From contig CM075988.1 in the NCBI GenBank assembly GCA_038087875.1, positions 11,596,001-11,660,000 on the forward strand: a stretch of 64,000 nucleotides of DNA, given 5' to 3'. The translations under genes and the position numbers were made by a program. Below the pieces are notes generated by a model, which made no database searches, was not told the origin of the DNA, and was given only the letters and a program-made list of their open reading frames with translations. Numbering within the stretch: the stretch's first letter is position 1; each line of letters begins with the position of its first letter. Origin of the DNA: Malacoraja senta. Lineage: Eukaryota. This document shows positions 11,437-23,940 of the stretch, piece by piece.

Positions 11437-11902
11437 AATCAATCCCCCTCCTCCCTCCCTCCCTTTCTTCCCAGTTTCTTATTTGTTCATGCTGGCTTAC
11501 TTTCTGCTTTTTAACGTATGCCACTTTGTCTAGAAACTCACCTTTGGTCAAAGACGGTGAAAATGAAGACTAATGGCCAAGCAGCACCTTTTAACGCTAC
11601 TCGATGGGGCAGTTAGCCGTACAGAACAAGGGATCGTCTTTTACTGTAGTTGGCTTCCCTGTGGAGAACAGCTGAGGCAGTAATTGTGACTAATCTGAGA
11701 CTATTGATTGTGGATGCCACAATAGTGGATGTGCTGTACATGTTCCAATGACTACAATGGCATTTAAATGACAGAATTTGAAGGCAAAGCTAATTGAAAA
11801 ACTTGACTGTACCTAGAGCTGTAAACAAGTTGATCTCCATTCCCAAAACAAAATGCACCAGAAATGTGGATTACAACGCTCCTTATGCAAGTATTGAAAT
11901 AG

Positions 11903-11952
11903 CGTTTCACCTGCGGCACTTTGGGTAATGTCAAAGTGCCGCAGGTGAAACG
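11903..11952. repeat. Perfect 21-bp inverted repeat (hairpin)
   Basis: CGTTTCACCTGCGGCACTTTG-ggtaatgt-CAAAGTGCCGCAGGTGAAACG. Confidence 0.95.
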
Positions 11953-12225
11953 TTCAGTCAAACTTTATTACCCAATCTTCTTTCCAAGTAATATAGCACC
12001 ACTGAAGGAGGGTCCTAATCCAAAATGTTGCCTGTCCATTTCCCTCCATAGATACCTTCTGACCTGTTGAGTTCCTCCAGCACATTGTTTGTTGAGACAA
12101 CATCTTAACAAATCTGCATCTGTAGTGTCTTGTCACAAACATATCACCACTTAACAGTTTATTTAAATAATTTCATGGAAGTTTTCAAGACAATTTATTT
12201 CCTGTACCTAGCATATTTTTTTATT

Positions 12226-12483
12226 TGAAGGTACACAAAAATGCTGGAGAATCTCAGCAGGTGCAGCAGCATTTATGGAGCGAAGGAAATAGGCAACGTT
12301 TCGGGCCGAAACCCCAAAGAAGGGTTTTGGCCCGAAAACATTGCCTATTTCCTTCGCTCAAAGAAGGGTTTTGGCCCGAAACGTTGCCTATTTCCTTCGC
12401 TCCATAGATGCTGCTGCACCCGCTGAGTTTCTCCAGCATTTTTGTGTACCTTCGATTTTCCAGCATCTGCAGTTCCTTCTTTA
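12226..12483. mobile_element. Palindromic hammerhead element (family B) with an internal duplication
   Basis: Inverted arms; the segment AAGAAGGGTTTTGGCCCGAAAC..TTGCCTATTTCCTTCGCTC is present twice. Confidence 0.85.
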
Positions 12484-14191
12484 ATATTTTTGATTGGTTT
12501 GGTTAGGTTAATTTGTACTCTAGAAGGTAGTGAATAAATTAATATACACCAAATACTATCATCTCCAATGTATTTTTGGTATATTCAATTTATGACATCT
12601 AATTCTAATACTTTTTTAAAAATTTTGACTCAAATACAAAATGAGATTTCACAAATATACAATAAACCATTTAAATCTACAATTGATGTTTAAAAGGTGA
12701 TACAAGCAGTCCTTAAAAATTATTTTTAAAAACGAATGGTAGATTTGAAACGTAATTTGAATGATCTGTGTCACATAGGAAGAATCATTAAATCCACAAA
12801 TTAATTGAGAGAAAGAATTCATTGAAGTGTAAGTGCTTAACACAAGCTTAACATTTTGGTCTCGTGCTGTTGAGGGGAATCTACACATAAAATAAATAGT
12901 TTATTGGGAAGAAAATTATATTAAAATTAATAATCTGTGCTCTTCCATCTCTCACTGTAATTAATTGATTTGGGGAACTAAATAACTGTTCAAAGTGGTG
13001 TCGGTCAAACTCAAAGATTATAATAGTTTTGCATATCACATTGATGATTAATGAGATTGAATTAGATCAAATGATACATAACATGCTCAACTTTATTAGA
13101 AATTGGGTTTTGGAAGCTTTGAAGTTGTGGATGGATGTAATCCAATTGCCCCATGTAATTAGACTGAATTATTTTCAATTGGTTAGCTCCAGCTATTCTA
13201 ATTAAAATCTGCTAAATTGTGTCAATATGCTCTTCTGACATTGCCTATGGTTGTTTTAAGGTGATACTTGCAAGCAGCACACTTTTTAAAAATCACTTTA
13301 AAAAACAAATGGTAGATGCGATATTATGGGATTAAGTCTAGTCTGTATCGCAAAGGAAGAATCATTAAATCCACAAATTAATTGAGATGAAGAATTCAGT
13401 GAAGTATCAACGTTCCATGCACTGATGTACCATTTGGCTTATTTAAACCTTGCGTGTCTGGAGAAGGGTCTCGACACAAATTATCATCTATCCATTCCCC
13501 CCATAGTCACTGCCTGATCTGCTGAGTTGCCCTAGCACTTTGTGCTTTGCGCATTTAAACCTCTGGTGTTACATGATGCGTAATTGTGTGATTTGGGAGC
13601 ACCCACATTCTTTCCACAAAAGGTGTAATTTGGAAGAATGCAAAGAAACTTTCTTGGACCCACAACGTAACTTTCCTTTTCTTCAATGCATGATTGGTTT
13701 GCTGGCCAGACCTAAAACTCCAGTCTATTTTCTGCACTAAGCAATTTTCTGGATTCGGAACTTATCATTTCAATATTGATTTTCATATTTGAAAAGACCA
13801 TTGCAGAATGAGCAATGCGAAAAATGCTCAGTATGGTTTTTTTTTCTCCTCATTTGGTAGTACTCAAGAAAATTAAGGAGCATAAGGAATCAAGGTTGGT
13901 ATGGACTAGTTGTCTGAAGGGCCTGTTTCTGTGCTGAATTATTCTGTCTTTATTAAGATCATGTGATGACGGACATAAAAGCTGAGCTAAAGCCTATAAC
14001 TGGATTCAATCATCTTCTTGCTCAGTTCTATTCCAACATTTATTTTATCTTTTTGTTTCTTTCTCCCATATTCAACATTCAAGATTTTCTCATGCTTGTG
14101 TAATTTTTTTTTCATATTCACACAAAGGTACATAGGTACATACGTACACATCAATACATTTGATTGACGTACACATCAATACATTTTCTTG

Positions 14192-14324
14192 GTGTGTAGG
14201 AAAGAACTGCAGATGCTGGTTTAAATCGAAGAGGCACAAAATGCTGGAGTAACTCAGCGGGACAGGCAGCATCTCTGGAGAGAAGGAATGGGTGACGTTT
14301 TGGGTCGAGACCCTTCCTCAGACT
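14192..14324 (-). mobile_element. Single-arm hammerhead element (family A)
   Basis: Minus strand AGTCTGAGGAAGGGTCTCGACCCAAAACGTCACCC followed by the family-A arm. Confidence 0.82.
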
Positions 14325-14959
14325 CTTTTTTTTTCTCTGGAAGAGGGGTTTTGCTGGAGAGAGGACAAAAATTGTCTTAGAAGCAATTCTGTTTTTACTT
14401 TCTATCATCTCCATATCTTTACCCCTTTTTATTTCAAACAATTTTCACAGCAGTTGAAGCACACAAAACCACGCTCAGTTCAGTGCAATCATACAGTCAT
14501 AGCATAATCGGCCGGGCTGTGAGATTTCTACGTCTTTACCATGTAGATCTATGGAGCTGGTGGAGGCAAGGCCTGCGTTTTGCTGAGTCAGCGTCCTGCA
14601 TGAAGTTGTAAGTTAACTTGGCAGAAACACCTGCTCAAATCAGTCATCGCTGACTGCACATTCATCATTAATGAGGTCCCATATATCTAAAGCAAACCAG
14701 CTAAACCTGTCTAGATTTCAGTAGCCCATTCATCCTCTAGACTGTTCATGGTCTCCAGGGGGTAATTTCAATCCTTTTTGTACATCCTAAGCATAAACTT
14801 CACGGTAACATAGAGAGCCTTCTGTTATCCAACTCCGCCCCCAACACCTCCCCTTCCTCCTGCAAACACAACTCCCCGCCCCCCGCCCCCCCCCCACCCC
14901 ACCATTCTCGGCTCCTTCAAGGTTTTTGCAACATGTTCATTTACCAGCCTATAGTCATT

Positions 14960-15620
14960 CATCATTTATTGCCCATCTCTAACTGAGCTTCAAGGTGATG
15001 ATGAACCACCTCTTGAACCATTGCACTCCTGGCGAATGCACTGCAATGGCGGAGTCCCAGAAGGGAGTTCCAGGGTATCCACCCAAAGACAAATAAAGGG
15101 AGAGGAATGGATCATCAAGTTAGAATGGTAGATGACTTGCAAAGGAACCTGCAGGTGATGGAGTCCCATGTACCTGAAGATTTATTCTTTATGATGGCGG
15201 AAGCCCTCGCAAGTAACCACTCTTCCAGTTTATAGATGATACACACTCCAGCCTCTATGTGCCAGTGATGGAAGGAATTAATGTTTGGAGTGGTGGCAGA
15301 GGTAGCAATCAAATGAATTGTTTTGTCCTGGCTGCTATTATGTTTCTTTAGTGTTGTTGGACTCAAACCTATCCAGACAGCATGTCATTATATGTGTGAG
15401 TTGTGCTTTATAGATGGTGGGAAGGCTTTGAGGTATCAAGAGACTCGCCGTACATTATACAATCTCTGACCTGTTCTTGTAGCCACAGTATTAATGTGGC
15501 TGGATAGTTGAATTTCTAATCAATAGTGACCCTAAAGATGTTGATTGTAAGTGCAATACTAGTAATGTCATTTAAGGTGGTTGGATTCTTCTCCGTTGGA
15601 GATGACAATTGCCAAGTTCA
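14960..15620 (-). mobile_element. Old LINE 3' relic (CR1/L2 group)
   Basis: Shares motifs (TTGCCC..., GGAGTTCCAG, GGAACCTG...GGTGATGG) with 63465-63650. Confidence 0.55.
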
Positions 15621-16201
15621 TAATTGGTAATTACTTTCTTTATCGACTATTTTATCTCATTTGAAACTTGAGATCCTTAAACCTGGATGAATTTTAATTT
15701 GGGACCTTTGGAAACCAATTATCTGTTAATGAATATTCAGTTAAGTGTCATATGGTGTATGCAATATTGATTGGTACCTTGCTGTAATCTGACTCTGTTT
15801 ATATTGCAACAAGTTTTAGTGTGAAATATGCGGGAGAAACACTCCATGCTTTGTGGAGAGCTGCCTGTCTCTGTGGTGCTGGGCATGTAATAGAGTAATG
15901 CAACGGAAGCAAAATACTGCAGAGTTTGCAATTGGAAAAACAAAATGGAGCAAATGCAATATAGAAATGTGCGAATTGTGGTGTAGATGTAGCAAGAGAA
16001 TTAACTTTTCAAGCTGATGGTATTTTCACAACAAAATCTTGCATGTCCTGTAATTTATTTTGTTTGATAACGCACTGTATTAGTGTATATAAGAAGCTAT
16101 TCCCCATGTCAATTTTGAGTGTAAGACATAGCTACAGAGACACTACATATGGGAACCCTTGCACTATTGTGACCAATTAATACAGAAGAATACAACATAA
16201 A

Positions 16202-16500
16202 GGACGGCACAGATGCACATTTGGCAGAGCTGCTACCTCATAGTGTCCGAGACCCAGGTTCGATCCTGACCTCGGGTACAGTCTATGTGGAGTCTACACA
16301 TTCTGCCTGTGGGTTTCCTCCAGGTGCTCCGGTTTCCTCCACATCCCAAAAAGGTGCAGGTTTGTAGATTATTGGCCTCTGTGAAATTGTCCCTAATATG
16401 TAGGGAGTGGATGAGGAAGTGGAATAACATAATGGGTGAATGGGTGATCGATGGTTGAAGTGGACTCCATGGGCTGAAGGGTGTGTTTCCATCCTGTATC
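16202..16500 (+). mobile_element. HE1/V-SINE
   Basis: B-box GGTTCGATCC, V-domain and 3' tail. Confidence 0.85.
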
Positions 16501-17313
16501 CCCATGCTGCAAGTCCAAACTGATAAAGTTATTTTATTTTAATAATGACACTGGTATCATCTATTGGCCAATTGACTCAAAATCATAGGAATTGCTCAAA
16601 CTCTTTGAAATCTTACTCCTCAGCTCAAGTAGGAGCTATCTGAATTTTGGCTCAATTAAGGAATGGGTCCTGTAACCAAAGGATTGAGAGCCTGAATGTG
16701 ACTGAAACATCAAAGGTTTGCGCCAGAGCGCCTAGAAGCTGAGGCTTTATTGGTTTGGTCCCAGCTGTTCCGGTGAAGACGATAGAAGAGAAGAGCAATA
16801 TTACCAGGGATATTGTATTTCATCCAATTTATATGAGACATTGTACAGTTAACCAAGACTAACATGATTGAGTTGTGCAGGAAGGTGTATCAATCTTTTT
16901 CTGCTGCCCTAACACTAACTGGTGAAGTGATTCTGCAGAAATGTAATAGGAACTGAAAATTGTTTCCTGGTACATGTTAGATTTCAGTTTCTCAAATCTA
17001 CAGCATATAATTATTGTTTCAACCCGTTCAGATCTAAATCCAATGTGAAGTTCTGAGTCTCAAGTTTGCTATTGCCCATATTATTTGGGGCTATTTATTG
17101 CAATTTTGAGCAAAGTCCAGTCAAAATCATGTTACGTTTCTTGCATGAAGCACACACAGGTGATTCATCAAACCTTCTTCAATTTAAACTGCTTTTTGTT
17201 CATTGCCACATTAATATATGCATGTTTTTGTTTCACTTCATTTGTTCCACAGGCTTAATTTTAAATATTTTGATGCCATTGCACTCTTCACTTTAAGTAC
17301 CTAATTCCCAGTG

Positions 17314-17380
17314 AACAAAAGATCAAAGAGAACAAGTTGACCTACAACTTTAGGCTGTGCACGCCTTGCGCAAGAAGGAA
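17314..17380 (+). mobile_element. 5'-truncated copy of the HDV-ribozyme retroposon family 1
   Basis: AAGATCAAAGAGAACAAGTTGACCTACAACTTTAGGCTGTGCACGCC.TGCGCAAGAAGGAA equals the 3' half of the 6.9 and 19.6 kb copies. Confidence 0.85.
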
Positions 17381-17684
17381 AAGTGATGCACAATCCTTTA
17401 TGTGATTAATAGATTCTGTGTTGACAATTTGCCATTTATTCTGGGCATTAAAATGAAAAGAAATGCAGATAATACAAACACAATAATGTTTTGTTGAAAC
17501 ACTAATGCAATTATTGCAACAATCTCAAGCAACTATTTGTTAAAGTTAGTTTCACTCTCTTCACAGAATAAGTTACTTTAATGGAATAGAGATTATTGAA
17601 TTCAATTACATGTAATAATAGAATATAGTGTCCAGATATGTTTACTTATGAACAAGCTACTTTCTGTACATTGTACATTGAAAA

Positions 17685-18050
17685 GCACAGCATAGAATAG
17701 GCCATTCAGCCCACTATGTCTGTACCAAATATGATGCCAAGTTAAACTAATCTCATTTGCCTGCGCATGATTCATATCCCTCCATATCCTGCATATTTGT
17801 GTGTCGATCTAAAAGCCTCATAAATTATGGTATCGTACCTGCCTCCATTACCGCCCATGCCCTGTAGACCTCCTTTAAACATTGCCCTTCTCATCTTAAA
17901 GCAATGCCCTCTAGTCTTTCATGTTGCCACCTTGTGAGTGAAAACATGTTCCGAGTATCTACCCTTACTCTGCCTCTCAAATTTCTGTACTTCCAGAAAT
18001 TCCAGAGAAAACAATCCAACTTTGCCCAACCTCTCCTTGTAGCTAAAACC
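17685..18050 (-). mobile_element. CR1 3' fragment
   Basis: Fragment SYKERLGKVGLFSLE and a CR1 3' UTR. Confidence 0.75.
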
Positions 18051-18069
18051 ACCCACTCCAGACGGAGAC

Positions 18070-18170
18070 AAAGAGAATGCAAACTCCACACAGACAGCAC
18101 ACGGGGTTAGGATCGAACCTGGGTCCCTGGCGCTGTGAGGCAGCGGCTCTACCACCTGTGCCACTGTCCT
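18070..18170 (-). mobile_element. HE1/V-SINE 5' (tRNA) portion
   Basis: Reverse complement contains GGTAGAGCCGCTGCCTCACAGCGCCAGGGACCCAGGTTCGATCC. Confidence 0.8.
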
Positions 18171-19250
18171 GCACTGGGTATTGAAAAGCAAAAGCTGGAA
18201 ATATGTAAGGAAACACTCCATGGATCAGACAGCATCTCGGTGAAACAGAGTTAAATGTTTCAGGTTGAAGATCATTGATCTTTGGATTAAAACTCTTCAA
18301 CCACAAATGTCTACTCAGTTTCTGTTCCCAAATGCTGCCTGGCCCTCTGAGTATTTGCAGCATTTGCTTTTACTCAGATTTGTATCAGTTGGTGTGTTCT
18401 GCCATTCATCACTCCAGTACTTGACTTCTCATTGTTTCCATGGCCCCCATGAATCTTCTATTTTTGTTCCACCAAACCAATCTGCTGTGATCTACAAGCA
18501 TTCATCTCCCTCTCTTCAACAACACGAAAAGGAATTCTGTCATCTGATCATCTTGGGTCTGCATCCTATCACTGATTTTCTTGTCTCTTCCCTCATTTTC
18601 CCCCCTTCCCAAACGCTAATCCTGCCTTCTGTGCAGCTGGAAAAAAAACCATGTGCATTCTCACTGTTCAAGTGCTGATGAAGAATCATCAACTTAAAAG
18701 TTAGCTTTGTTTCACTCTCCACAAATGCTGCCTGATCTGAGTCTTTCTAATGTTGTATGTTCTCGTGTCAACATTTTGTATTTGGTCAGTGTCCTGACAT
18801 TCCAGTATTAACCTATCACAACCAGCATCCTTTTATTTATGTTAATTACAACTTTAAATTTGTTGCTTATTAGATTTGAAATCAAAGCAATAAATCCTTG
18901 TTGTTAAGATTATGACAAATGTATTGAAATGTCGGCTCTAATTCATCCCAATTATTGAAATTCATGGGCGATTATTTCATGTGCCTGCTATCATCAATAA
19001 AATTGATATACAGTGCCTTGTTAGTAATTTAAAAAAAAACAATTAAAAAAAAAGATCAAATAAAATTAATAACGCAGTAAAAAAAGACAGATCAGAAACG
19101 TCTAGTTGGCAACCATGTTTCTTCATCTTTTTCTTTCGACAATAAGTTGTGTTTCATCAAGGGAAAGATTGTGAGTGTTTGAGGAATTGAACATGTAATA
19201 TCTTGGTCTCCTGATTCCATCATGCATTTCATATCAGACGCTTGTCAATG

Positions 19251-19414
19251 GTTGTGTAGAAAACAACTGCAGATGCTGGTTTATACTGAAGATAGACACT
19301 AGGTGCTGAAGTAACTCAACGAGTCAGGCAGCATCTCTGGAGAAAAATGTTGCTTTCCTCCAGAGATGCAGTGTGACCCGCTGAGTTACTCCAGCACTTT
19401 GTGTCTATCTTCTC
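19251..19414. mobile_element. Palindromic family-A element with its centre deleted
   Basis: Inverted arms; short direct repeat GTCAATG on both flanks. Confidence 0.75.
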
Positions 19415-19489
19415 GTCAATGTTGCTTTTCTCTACATCAACATTATGCCCCAGTTTTAATCTGAGAAAAGATAATGAGGCTAGCATTAA

Positions 19490-19760
19490 GTTATAAGTGA
19501 AAGGAGCAGAATTAGGCCATTCGGCCCATCAAGTCTACTCCGTCACTCAATCTTCTTCTTCTTGCGTATGGCGTGCACAGCCTAAAGTTGTAGGACAACT
19601 TGTTCTTTTTGATCTTGTTTGATTGTGCACGCCAGGTTGATTGCATTCGTCGAAACAGGTTCCACGTGAAGGTTGCAATCTCCCACTCCGTCATTCAATC
19701 ATGGCTGATCTATTTCTCCCTCGTAACCCCATTCTCCTGCCTTCTGACACCTGTCAGAGG
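19490..19760 (-). mobile_element. CR1 3' terminal fragment hosting the nested HDV-ribozyme element
   Basis: GGAGCAGAATTAGGCCATTCGGCCCATC...TTCAATCATGGCTGATCT, as at 42.7 and 54.1 kb. Confidence 0.8.
19552..19689 (-). mobile_element. Short retroposon with a 5' HDV-like ribozyme (damaged P3'/P1') and (AAG)n tail, family 1
   Basis: Direct repeat ACTCCGTCA(C/T)TCAAT at 19537-19551 and 19685-19699; (CTT)4 at the left end. Confidence 0.85.
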
Positions 19761-20029
19761 TTTGTGACTTTATGAAATCTAACTGGATTTGGAGTATTTT
19801 TGAGCCATGCCACGAGGAAATAGAGTCCATCCACCAACTTATTTCAGGTTTAATCCATCCAATGTGCATCCATAATTTCTTCTGGTATTTATTTAAACCC
19901 TGAAGTAAAGCAATTGTGTTTTCAGCCTGTGTGAACCACTTGGGAGCGCAGTCTTGTGCTCTGCATCCAGTAACATGCATCTCATTGTATATGATTTCAT
20001 TGATCCATATCCAAGAATATTACTTGATT

Positions 20030-20320
20030 GGAAGAAACAGCCTGGAAGCAAGCCTTCCGGCCCACCAAATCCATACTTAACACCAGTCACCCATAAACAC
20101 AAATTCTCTGTAATCCTACTTTCTCGCCCACTCCCTATACACTGGGGGCAATTTTACAGAGACCTATTAACCCACGAACCGCATGCCTTTGGGAAGAGGG
20201 AGGAAACCGGAGCAACCGGAAGAAACCCAGGCATTCACAGGGAGACCGGGCAAACTCCACACAGATGGCACCCGAGGTCAGGATCGAACACGGGTCTCTG
20301 GCACTGAGGCAGCTGGTCAG
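20030..20320 (-). mobile_element. HE1/V-SINE
   Basis: Reverse-strand B-box (plus strand GGATCGAAC) and V-domain. Confidence 0.8.
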
Positions 20321-20967
20321 CATATTTTCCCTTTGCCTTCACACCCTAATGACAGCTATTTCTATTCCATCTGACTGCCTGGACTGTGCTACCTGCCTGC
20401 TTTAACCAAGTTCTTCCATTCCTGCCAAGAGTTTCTGTACATCACCTTCAGCTGCAACTGTGTGGTGCCCCAGTCACCACCTCCTTCAGTTGCCGCTGAC
20501 ATAACCTTCCAGGTCATTGATTGCTACTAACTCACCCGGCAAGCTGCTTGTCACCTTTCACAGTTCACTGGCTTTCCATTTAACAGGGTTTCCGGAGCCT
20601 GAAAGAAGGGTCCTGACCAGAAATGCCACCTATCCATGCTCTCCTGACCCGCTGAGTTACTCCGCCACTTGTGTCATTTCCACTAAAAATCTGAAACCCA
20701 AATTCAGGTCGGCTTCAACAGCTGCCGCTCCCACCTTTAGTTCATAAGTTGTGGTTAACCATAAGTTGTGGTTAATGAATTATCCAGGTCAGATTGGATT
20801 GACAAGTTGTCCATCTGATTGTGATTTATGAGTTCAAATTAAGATATCCAGATGCAGGTCTTGGTCCTTCTGTGCTCCTCACTACCAGTCTGTTTTCAAC
20901 TTTGCCAGACCATATTTGCCAACCCTGTGGTAGTATATACTTGCTGATATTCTAATATCTGCAATAA

Positions 20968-21370
20968 ATGGGTGGCACAATGGCGCAGCTGGTAGATCTG
21001 CTGCCTCACAATGCCAGAGACCTTGGGTGCTGTCTATGTGGAGTATGTATGTTCTCCCTGTGACTGCAGAGATTTCACTCCTGTTGCTCTAATTTCCTCC
21101 CTCCTCTCAAAGTCATCCAAGTTTGTAGAAGGGACCCAACCCAAAACGTCTCGGATTATTTTTCTCCAGAGATGATGCCTGACCCGCTGAGTTACTCCAG
21201 CACTTTGTGTCCATCTCGGGTTTGAGGGTTAATTGACCTCTGTAAATTCCTCGTGTGTTGGGAATGGATGCGAAAGTGGAATAACATGGAATGGGTGTGA
21301 GCGGGTGATCAATAATCTGCAGCGACCCGGTGGGCCGAAGGGCCTGTTTTCAAGCTGTATCTCTAAAATA
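20968..21370 (+). mobile_element. HE1/V-SINE interrupted by a hammerhead-element arm (~21129-21225)
   Basis: SINE head, then GAAGGGACCCAACCCAAAACGTC...GCTGAGTTACTCCAGC; the SINE resumes at GGTTAATTGACCTCT. Confidence 0.8.
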
Positions 21371-21923
21371 AATTGCAAGTGTAATATTGACAGGAGTCCC
21401 CGTGTATTTAATGAGGCTTCAGGAAAATCTGCAGACTTTTCTCCTAACATTTGCTCCGACAACAGCTTGTTTCCTCAAACACAAAACCACCTCCTCTCCT
21501 CACCCTCTATCTGCCCCAAGCACCTTTCTCTTCGGTTGCATTTCATTTGGTCACTCATCAGCGGCACAGGAATGTGAGAGTGTGGTCAATTCCACCAATC
21601 TATCCTGTCAGCAATCCATCAGATCCCTGGATTTATTTCAGAATGTATTTTATATTAATAGCGGCAGCTTACCTTTATTACTTTTGGATGGACCGTATGG
21701 TATCTAGGCGACAGCTGTGACTCACTCAGGATTTGGGAAATAGCACATCGTTCTGAGAGACTGCTGCAAATCTGATGGAAAGGGTTAACCCTTTCGATGG
21801 AAGAAATGAGATCTAAGATGGCTTGTTTCTCAGAAGTACAAAAGTTTTCAAAAGTGCGCATATAAAAACAATTGTCTCCTGTTTACTCGTTTAAAAAATG
21901 GCACAAAGTGATAGAGAAACTTA

Positions 21924-22240
21924 CGGGGCATGGTGGCGCAGCGGTAGAGTTGCTGCCTTACAACACCAGAGATTCAGGTTTGATCCTGGTTACGAGTAGT
22001 GTCTGTGCAGGATTTGTACATTCTCCCTGTGATCGCCTGTGTTTTATAGACAATAGACAATTTCTGTAGGTGCTCTGGTTTCCTCCCACAATCCAAAGAC
22101 TTATAGGATTTAGGTTAATTGGCTATTGTAAATAGTCCCTAGTGTGTAAGGCAGTGCTAGTGTACATGATGATTGTTGGTCAGTGCGGACTTGGTGAATT
22201 CAAGCATCTGTTTCCACAGTGTATCTCAAGTCTAAACTCA
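21924..22240 (+). mobile_element. HE1/V-SINE
   Basis: GGTGGCGCAGCGGTAGAGTTGCTGCCTTACA head and a typical body. Confidence 0.85.
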
Positions 22241-22921
22241 GTGGGTAAGGCAGCATCCCTGGAGAACATGGACATGTGATATTTCAGACTGAACAAGCAT
22301 CCTAGCCTGTCCATGTGTCTTTATTTTGTGAACTCGCATTTGCAGTTCCTCATTTCTACCCTCTTGTTTATTCATGCTGTTCCCATTCATTGCAACCTGG
22401 AAAAATATTGTGGTAATTCTTGGCTGCGATTCTTAATCTATGACCATAGTAAAGCAGACAGGCTGCTGATAGACAATCTTGCTGTGATCGATGCTTCCAG
22501 GATTGCTCTGTTTGATTTGAGTGGCAGCAAGGCCTTCAACCATCCAGTGAGGAAACCCTGGCCTTGAAATGGCCCTCTCAGCTTTGAGAGCCATAAAACT
22601 CCACCCACAGTTTGGTGGAGATCAGAGCTGCAGGACTTTAATGTTAGCGATATTTACAAACTATTAAGACTGGCAGGAGTTATATTAATAACATTAAAAA
22701 TGAAAGCTGAAAGGGCCTTATAAATAAGTACAAATGTTGAACAAATGTAAAAATAATTAAGATAAAGGCTTTCCCTTTCTAATCTGATCTATAGTCCTAC
22801 AAACCCCAATGAAGTCAATGGGATATTGGATCCTACACTCATCTGAGTACGAGACCCAAGACCAATTCCCCAGCAAGGTGGAGCTGTGCCATTGAACTCT
22901 AAATGAAGTCTAATGAATCTT

Positions 22922-23056
22922 TCAGTCTGTATAAAGGTTCCGATCCAACATGTCACCTATTCCTTTTTCTCCGGAGATGCTGCCTGACCCGCTGACTTAC
23001 TCCATCATTTTGTGTCTATCTTTGGTATAAACCAGCATTTGCAGTTCCTTCCTACA
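22922..23056 (+). mobile_element. Single-arm hammerhead element, degenerate core
   Basis: Family-A arm AGATGCTGCCTGACCCGCTGACTTACTCC...AAACCAGCATTTGCAGTTCC. Confidence 0.75.
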
Positions 23057-23940
23057 AATACCCTGGATCCGTTCTGACTATAGGCATACAACAGGCAAGA
23101 TCCAGGCCATTGGCATATACGGGGTAGGTCTGAGCACCTTTTCTCGAGCATTAGCATCCCTCTAGCATTTCCCTCAAATGACCCTGATGCACATGTCAGT
23201 CTTTGCTGACAATGTCAGGAGACTTTGACACTTCAGTCAGGTTCACACCTGTGTCTGCATCACCTTTAGCACTGAAAAGTGACCAGGGGCAGGTAACAAA
23301 ACAGACCTGTATCCACTTAACCGAATTACTTCATGCCAGCTATAGTCTCACTGCTCTGACTGAGACAAAATAACTTTGTACAGATGGGCATCAATGTTGT
23401 GGCTGCTTGGCCAGATGGCTTAGCTACACAATACTGGTTATTCCCTGCTATACCACATTTCTAACCCTTGAGTATTCACTGGCTTTCCTGCAGATGGACC
23501 TGTGAGATTCTGAAAGCAACAATACCACAGTACAATCTTCCATCGGGCTCATTTTGGTTCTTCTTATATTCCTGTTTTGTCTGCACAATTTTGTAACCAT
23601 CCTCGTAGACAGATGTGGGAAGTGAAGCTTTGAATGTTATCTTAAAAGTGGGTTATTCACAGGGAAATGCTTGAGTTCACAAACAGGGCAGGTAAATATG
23701 CTTTCTTATAGAAGATTTCAGTGTGCTCCTTACAATGGTTACTGGCTGAAATTGATGTCCCTGAGTAGTACGGAATACCGCCAGTCAGATGCGTTTTTGA
23801 AATGAAGTTGTCTTCCTGAGAGCTAATCAGGTCATTGCGTTTAAGTCTGAAGAAGCATCTAGACCCGATATGTCACCCATTCCTTCTCTTCAGAGATACT
23901 GCTTGTCCCACTGAGTTACTCCAGCTTTTTGTGTCTATCT

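Noticed and set aside
14547..14607. AG...GTAAGT-bounded 61-nt candidate exon (LWSWWRQGLRFAESASCMK)
   Set aside because: Short, modest acceptor and no recognisable homology
10104..20776. Small tandem duplications at ~10104-10149, ~14143-14187 and ~20743-20775
   Set aside because: Ordinary 16-22 bp slippage or repair duplications with no further structure
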